Source of the DNA: Balanoglossus misakiensis
Taxonomy: Eukaryota > Animalia > Hemichordata
NCBI GenBank assembly: GCA_040954595.2
Contig: CM082582.2
Span: forward strand, 5,564,303 to 5,628,302
Reading direction: 5' to 3'
Length of the DNA stretch: 64,000 nucleotides
Under the pieces are notes generated by a model that did no database searches, was not told the origin of the DNA, and worked only from the letters and a program-made list of their open reading frames with translations. Of the stretch, positions 52,601 through 64,000 are shown one piece after another; within the stretch, counting starts at the first letter, position 1, and each line of letters starts with the position of its first letter. Position numbers and translations under genes: made by a program.

Positions 52601-54023
52601 TAACAATGGGCACGGTCACCTCCAATTTACATGTGTCCATAAGTGGCAAAAGGGCGTATCTGAGTGTTCCAAACTGAAGGACACATGGTGGCGCTCTTTT
52701 TTCGTGTGTGCCACCCACTGAAAATCTGTGATTGACTATTGCCACGGTAATTGTAGCTAAATTTCCTTAGGTGACCGTATACCTTTAAAGATGTAAGGTC
52801 ACCGGGGTCACGGTCACTCGAGGTCACCATCCACTAGGGGAGTGACCTTGCCCGGTTGAACTTGTACACATTTAGCCACAGAAGGTGTAGTTGAGATCTA
52901 GCCAATCGCATGTTTTCAAACTGCGCAACGACTTGGTCATTTGAACCCATTTTCTAAAATAGATCATTGTACTCGGCCTGCGCACTGCGACGTACATGTA
53001 CATTATTGAATGGTTTCTTTCAGACCCGGAAAGTTCGTTACACCCTGTCCCCATTCTCCGAAGTGGCTTTTTATTCGGGGTTCTATCGACCTCTGCCAGA
53101 ACACGGTCACCCCTGGTAACAACCTGCAAATATGCAAATGTCCTCATCCCCCCCCCTCCCCCGGCACAATGTCAATGCACTCGGTCGGATCGGCTTTTGC
53201 CACAAACGTCCGCAGAAAACGGTTTTATTCGGTAATTCGTAAGCAATGAATCAAATTATCATCCGATCTTTGACATACATTTATGACTTTTGTGGTGTTC
53301 GGTCCATACAAGGGGTTACAGTGGACTACTGCGATGTTTATATATAATTTGATTTTCCATTGAATTCATCCATTCAGTCCCTCCTTGGTTTGGTTTGGTT
53401 TGGTTTGGAATCGTATTTCGAGTCCGACATTGGTTTAACATTTACCATGATATAATTGACGACACTTGATTATATTATTGTATTTCTGGTTTCTTTAACT
53501 TTACGGTTGTAAATACGTAATCTTCTCAGCATAGGCCATGCATGCACAATCGACAGTGATATTGTTTAAAAGTGGTATTCCTTGAGTTCCGAACTTGAAT
53601 GCGTCTGACAACAATAACAATGATTAATATACATATACCTGCCTTCTTGACAAGCAGAAAGACACAGCGCGTTGGTACACTACAGGGAGGAGAACCAGAA
53701 AAATGTATTTCATAAGCAAAACTTTCCTAAATAATAACATAGCCAATTTGTGGTGGCCTTGTAACATCTACGGGCATTGAGCATAATTTTTTACTAAATT
53801 GACTCTGTACATGCTCATAAAGTGACCTTGTTTACTTTTTGTATTCTTATCATAATTCTTTTGTTTTTATGTCCACTGTTCGAATCTTGCATAAATTAAC
53901 TCGACTGAAGGGGATAGGTGGCGGTCTCCAGCCAGTCAGACACTGCATCTACACGAATGATAGCATAGTGCGCAGAAACCAATGATTCAGTTACACACAA
54001 TTAACATATTCTATATTAAGGTT

Positions 54024-55541
54024 CAATTGTCCACACGGGGTCAGACAGGGTTGCATACTCTCCCCATTTCTTTTCTCTTTTTTTCTGAACGATTTACATA
54101 AAGAATTTACTGAGAATACTTGGGTGAGTGGTTGTTCTGTGGGCTTGGTTCAAATTTTCTATCTGTTATTTGCAGATGACATGGTTTTGATTGCTGAAAC
54201 GAAAATCAAATTGCAGAGATTACTTAACGAGCTAGACTGTTATTGTGTAAAATATAAGCTCACTGTGAATCTTGAAAAAACAAATATTGTTGTTTTTAGA
54301 AGGGGTGGACGCTTACGTAACAATGAAAAATGGTTTTTCCGGGGCCAGCCTGTCAAAGTGGTTACTTATTTCAAGTATTTGGGTATTGTTTTTTCATGCA
54401 GTGGTATATGGTCTAAGGCACAAAAAGTGTTAGCGGATCAAGCTGCTAAAGCTTTATATTCTGTTACCTCCCGACTCAAAGCTTTGGGAGATGTTCCAAT
54501 CAAAACATGTTTAAAGATTTTTGATATAAAAATAGCACCCATTTTGAATTACTGCTCAGAGGCGTGGGGGTACATACAAGCGCCTGATATTGAAAGAATT
54601 CATTTAAAGTTTTGTAAGTTTCTCTTACACCAACATGGTCCAGTTGTCAATATTGCAGTAAGAGGGGAGTTGGGAAGATTTAGCATGAGAACGCTAAGAC
54701 TTCCAAAAATGAAAAAGTTCTGGTTACGTTTAACAAACGCTGATACTAAGAGATATATTTTTCATGCGTACCAAGAGCAATGTAAACTGGCTGAAAGAAA
54801 TTGTGAATGTTGGGCAAAAGCTGTGAGATCTCTCCTGTTCTCATATGGGTTTGCGGAGGCATGGTATAATCAGGGAGTGGGTAACGAGACAAAATTCCTT
54901 TCGGAATTTAGACAGCGTTGTACAGACATAGAACTGCAAGACTGGAACGTGGAAATTGGTACTTACAACAGGCTGCAATCATATAGACTTTTTAAATCTA
55001 CTCTATTGATAGAACCATACCTCCTCACCACCCTGAAGCCTATTTTTAGAGCTACCTTAACTTCTTTTCGATTATCTAACCATCCACTTCATATTGAACA
55101 AGGTAGACGAAATAACACCCCACGTGAAGACAGGTTGTGTATTTGTAACGATGGGTACATAGAAAATGAATACCACTTTTTATTACAATGTAAGTTATAC
55201 GATACCATCAGGGTAAAATACTTACCTGCTCAATTTCTTACCAACCCTTCTATTGATAAATTTATTCAAATTATGTCAACACAAAATCCGAATATCTTAA
55301 GAAAGCTAAGCCTTTACTTATTTTATGCCTTTAACAAAAGGAAGGAGTTGGTGAACTGACTTCCGGGAAAGTGCTGGTTCTTGTTTTCAATGTAAAAGAA
55401 ACCCCCTGCAAATCTTAACAATCTCAAGGTCACTGTGTTCTGTAACATTTAATTTTTTCCTGAAATGTATTTAAAATATTCCAGTACATTGGGCTGGAGG
55501 CCTGTAGTGCAAGTGGAATAAAATTATTATTCATATGGATG
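54024..55541 (+). mobile_element. 5'-truncated non-LTR retrotransposon (LINE ORF2 C-terminal part)
   Basis: Open frame to 55359 with GVRQGCILSPFLF, LFADD, FKYLG and a C-terminal Cys/His motif RLCIC...ENEYHFLLQC. AATAAA and a short TTA tail at about 55517. TSD TATATTAAGGTT at 54012-54023 and 55542-55553. Confidence 0.9.
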
Positions 55542-56413
55542 TATATTAAGGTTACCGAGTTCTTCAAAAGTGCCTGTCCGGTCAAGGTGACAATCTTCTC
55601 GCAGTACTCGCCACCCGCGGAAAGTCTGCCTGACACGCAGATAATCACGCGTCATCTTCACCTAAAACGGACTCAACCGGTGAAAAAGGTAAAGAAAAGT
55701 TTCCTTAAATATTTGCTATAGTGAAAAAAATGTCTCCTGGGGGGAAAGTGCCTAATGAAAGTTTGTTGAACTTCCGTAGTGTGATGACCTTTTAATCATC
55801 ACGCGAAATTCACGCCAGATAATGTAAAATATGGCATTGGACTTGGACTATTTTATATTCCAGATTTCCATGTGCGTATAGATTATCAGCAATATTGCGC
55901 CATTTTGGCGTTCTTTCGAGAACAGAACCATATCCTTACATTTCATTAGTAAGAGATATCTGTATCAGTGTTTGTCATCGTAATGAAAAAAAAATATAAC
56001 CACTGTTTTGATTTTTTTACTGGAAAAACTCCGAGGCTATACTACCTCAATGGACATTGAATTGTACATTGTTTCAGAGAGACGAAGATATTTTAGAAAA
56101 AACTGTGCGAAATGAAACGAGAAAGGTGTGTTGATGAGAAGGACTGAGAACAATGCCAATCCGCTTGTACGTCATGGAAACTATTGGTCCTTTGTTGTTA
56201 TGTGGGACAACCTAACCTATACATAACGCCGATTCTTGCATGGACGGTGAAACATTACACGGTTGGTTATGTTTCATGTCAACGAACTATGTGTACACTT
56301 CGAAGGGCATGACCGTTACTTCATAGATTAAATACAATGTACATACAATAAATGGCAATATATATTTGTGATGCGATATAAATGTGCCTTTTTCCCCGCC
56401 AGAAAACATCACA

Positions 56414-60731
<4,318 letters not shown>

Positions 60732-61575
60732 CGGAACTAGAGAATGAGATGGCCATTATACAGCAAATTACTTTTTGAGTTGATCAGAAATTAACCATCC
60801 ATTGATCAGTACTTGACTACAAACTACAATTGTAAACTTTGTTAATTGTGTGTCATGCCCTATATCATTTGGTAAACGTGAAAGTTGTGACGAAAAACAA
60901 ATCTATTTCTTTTGCAAAATTAACCCGAAAGAATAATACACGTATAGATATATTTTGGTCGTAATGTTTGTTAGTAACGAGTGAACCTACATGTTTTGAT
61001 CTGTGCGACACCGTCAAACCGATCTGATTTGGAGATTTTAGCGTGTGGGGGGGGGGGGTCGTATGCTTTTGTCTACATGACCAATCAATATGCGCGCATC
61101 ACCTTTGACAATGAAGGTTAATGTGCGATATTAGCAAGACCGCCGCCATTGTTTAGAATGTGGAAACCCCATTACCTCATACGACTCAGTACGCAAAGTA
61201 TTTTGTCTGTTATTTACAAATCTTCAGTTTATGAATCAATCCTTAACCACTGTTTTGTCGTTTCTTGTTCTGTTTAAGCTATCTAGATGGGTGTGGTGGA
61301 ATTCAGAAACACGTGGATTGTTATAAGATCTTCAATAAATGTGGATCTTTTATTACAACACGGCAATTCCTCTACATGGTCGAGATTTGTGTAAAGAGAC
61401 TGCACGAACTCAACTTCAAGACAAGTTTGCATGGAGAGATCAGAAATTCTGTGCACAATTATGCGTTTGAATAACTTGTGAATACCGTGTACATGTGTAC
61501 GTACATCCATCACTGGTTATTGAAACAAAAATAGCGACTTTGATAACAAAAATGGTGTGTATGTTGGCGCGGCAT

Positions 61576-62283
61576 TTATTTGGTGATAATCGCGTTGCCA
61601 TTGCTTTCCCGCAGATCCATGGAGTACTGGCACAAGAACACTCGGAAGACTAAGAGATTAAGGTAACAAATTTCACCACTAGACTGAAACCCTTTCCGTC
61701 GGTACAGGCCGCGTGCAGGGACCATCCACCGCCCGGTGTCCAGGAACAGTTCCGCGTAGCCGTTTCGGGCCGAGAATTCGACCACTGTATCTGTTAGTTT
61801 ACTTGCGATTCCCAGCTGTCTGTAGCCTTTAGCGACACTCATGGTCAGAAGCTCCGCCCTCTCGCGGTCGCGGCCGTCTTCCCTCACGCAGACCGTACCG
61901 ACCACTTTCCCGCCATACTCCGCCACCCACATGTGGTTTTTTGGCTTGTCCATGTAGCGCGTCCGGATGTCGCGCAGGTCGCCACTTAGTCGCTGCGATA
62001 CGTACCTGCGCAACAAGAACAGGCTTAGAAGATAAGGCACCACCAGCAAACTCGCCACTGCAGTGAACAATGTCCAGACCGGCGACTGAAAAACGCAGGA
62101 GATACACACGGCGGCAATGGTGACTAGCCAATACGACACATTTTGTGCATTATCTTTGTACACGAACCGCACGTATTCCAACATCCCAGCTCGGAAGATT
62201 TGCTTGGCTCTCTGCTCGTCCGTGCCGCGGAAGCTTCGAATCACAATATCACCCGCTGAAGTTGAAAATTCCCGGTAACTCAT
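61576..62283 (-). CDS. Camello/NAT8-like GNAT N-acetyltransferase 3 (235 aa, single coding exon)
   Basis: Motifs DLRDIRTRY, WVAEYGGKVVGTV, MSVAKGYRQLGIA and LYRRKGF. The start is placed at MSYREF (ACCATG, 15 nt after a CACAG acceptor), consistent with the paralog N-termini. Confidence 0.88.
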   Translation of the reverse strand: MSYREFSTSAGDIVIRSFRGTDEQRAKQIFRAGMLEYVRFVYKDNAQNVSYWLVTIAAVCISCVFQSPVWTLFTAVASLLVVPYLLSLFLLRRYVSQRLSGDLRDIRTRYMDKPKNHMWVAEYGGKVVGTVCVREDGRDRERAELLTMSVAKGYRQLGIASKLTDTVVEFSARNGYAELFLDTGRWMVPARGLYRRKGFQSSGEICYLNLLVFRVFLCQYSMDLRESNGNAIITK

Positions 62284-64000
62284 GGTGCAGAATCCGATCT
62301 GTGTGAGAGATAGACATGCGAAACGGGTGACTTTTTTTAGTGGAGCCAATATATCAAAATTGATAGCAGTGGCCTATCGTGAGGGAAGGTCCACCACCAA
62401 CCCCACTTAGCTCATTAGGCCCATGGAGGTACTAGAGTACCTCCATGTTAGGCCTAACTAAAACTGCAAAGTTTGAAACAAATGACGTCGGCCCACGAAT
62501 GCAGACGACCAAAGTTTTCATCTCAGTCATAAATCCTTACACGAGGAAGAACAAATCCATAAGCATAAAACATGGGATAGACATTCGCTGATGCCGGTTT
62601 AAAACTGGCGCGAAGGCAGATATTCAACGTCAATGTCGACCGTGACTTCAACTGATAAGGCCAAGGGAGCTAATATGTTCCAGGCAATGTTGGTGAAATT
62701 CATCGCAGCAGCTTTTGGCCACCCTGGAAGCAAACTTCTCTTTCTCTTGCTCTCAGTGCAGATACAGACTTGTTTTACTAGCAGCAGTTTTCTTCTCAAA
62801 AATCCTCACCCCACCCCAACGGATGGTACGATCCACCCACTTAGCATAATTTAGCACATTACGCAAGGCAACCGTACACACGTTACATAACATTTTATCA
62901 CTGGCAATCTGGCAAAGTTAATTCACGGCCACGTCTTCGTTTGTGTTTGTCCCTGCAACAAGTCGTGTCTTAGTATAATTTCTGTGAGTTTTTGGCCGTA
63001 TATACCAAAGTCGCGCGAGGGTTGCACACGGCGACTGCTCCAAGATCCTATGACTAATAGGAGCAATCACCGTGTGCAAAAACGACTCCCAAGCGTCGAT
63101 GACTCATGCCTAATTTCATATTCAAGAACTGAGGACCGAGGCGTAACATCGCAGTCACTCGTTAGATGTACGCGGGACTCAACGAATTCACCCTGTTAAA
63201 CATTTGATCATTCCCAACTCACCAGAACGAGGATTTCCGAATGACAGCCAGAAATACAGGTCGACAATCGATGTACATGTATATTATACGACGCACCTGC
63301 AGTTCAACGTCTGCAGTCTTATAATGTGTCGAGAAATTGAACGGGGTTCCTCAATTATGATTTAGGGGTGGACCTTGTGATATTTTCGGGGGGGGGGGAT
63401 CCGGAAGAGTGGGATACTGCAATTTACCTAGGGTCTACATCGAATAGTTTTCTTCAAGTCTCTAAAATTTGCCCGATATATGTTCAAGCCGACGCTTCTC
63501 CAATAATTTTTTGGGTGTAAAATACACCAAGTCTGCCCGAGATGAAAGTTTACGAGTATCACACTTGTGAGCTATCTTTGGTCATAGACCCTAGAGAAAG
63601 AAGGACGCGCAACTGCGGCAAAGATCAAAGGGTTTGGGGATTATTGGTATGACTATGTTCTTTTGCATATAATTAACACCTAGGACGGTGGCAAGAGTGA
63701 ATCTCCACTTTGGCGTCGATGTCATTAGCATATCATTAACATATCACCAAAAAATAAACGCAACTCTGTGATGCGCGACAGTAACCAAAACTGGCACTCC
63801 TATATTTCAGCAGCCACTGCGTTTTTTTCTAAAATTCAAAAAGTATTACGTTGTCTGTGCTATTTATTATGGTTTGGTGTTCGTTTTTCGGTTGAACGGT
63901 CATTTCTAGTGCCACAAGCTTCATTTAAAAATTGTAAACAAATCATCCATGTTTTTTGCATGTCCAACTGGGCACTCATATATCTTGGTAATGCTGACAC

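Noticed and set aside
62284-62349. N-terminal extension of NAT 3 in the ORF track
   Set aside because: It begins at a non-ATG codon and crosses a splice acceptor; the paralogs support the start at 62283.

Overview
This is AT-rich, intron-containing eukaryotic DNA with GT-AG introns, microsatellites, MITEs and LINE fragments, most likely from a marine invertebrate (the taxon cannot be fixed from this window). Every host protein-coding gene I could reconstruct encodes a small-molecule-modifying enzyme. There are eight: one intronless, GC-rich, bacterial-looking extended SDR (NAD-dependent epimerase/dehydratase); two head-to-head FOXRED2-like flavoproteins lacking the ER signal peptide; three camello/NAT8-like GNAT N-acetyltransferases; and two head-to-head clan-2 cytochrome P450s. 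Four unrelated enzyme families with no housekeeping gene between them suggest a candidate animal metabolic (biosynthetic or detoxification) gene cluster; this is inference, and no scaffold-forming enzyme is visible. The CYP intergenic region holds a 3-kb foldback element with a 9-bp TSD, containing a nested Harbinger-type MITE and a Penelope-like RT fragment, plus a 5'-truncated LINE with a 12-bp TSD. Exon coordinates were read by hand; the four multi-exon CDS lengths are each divisible by 3.
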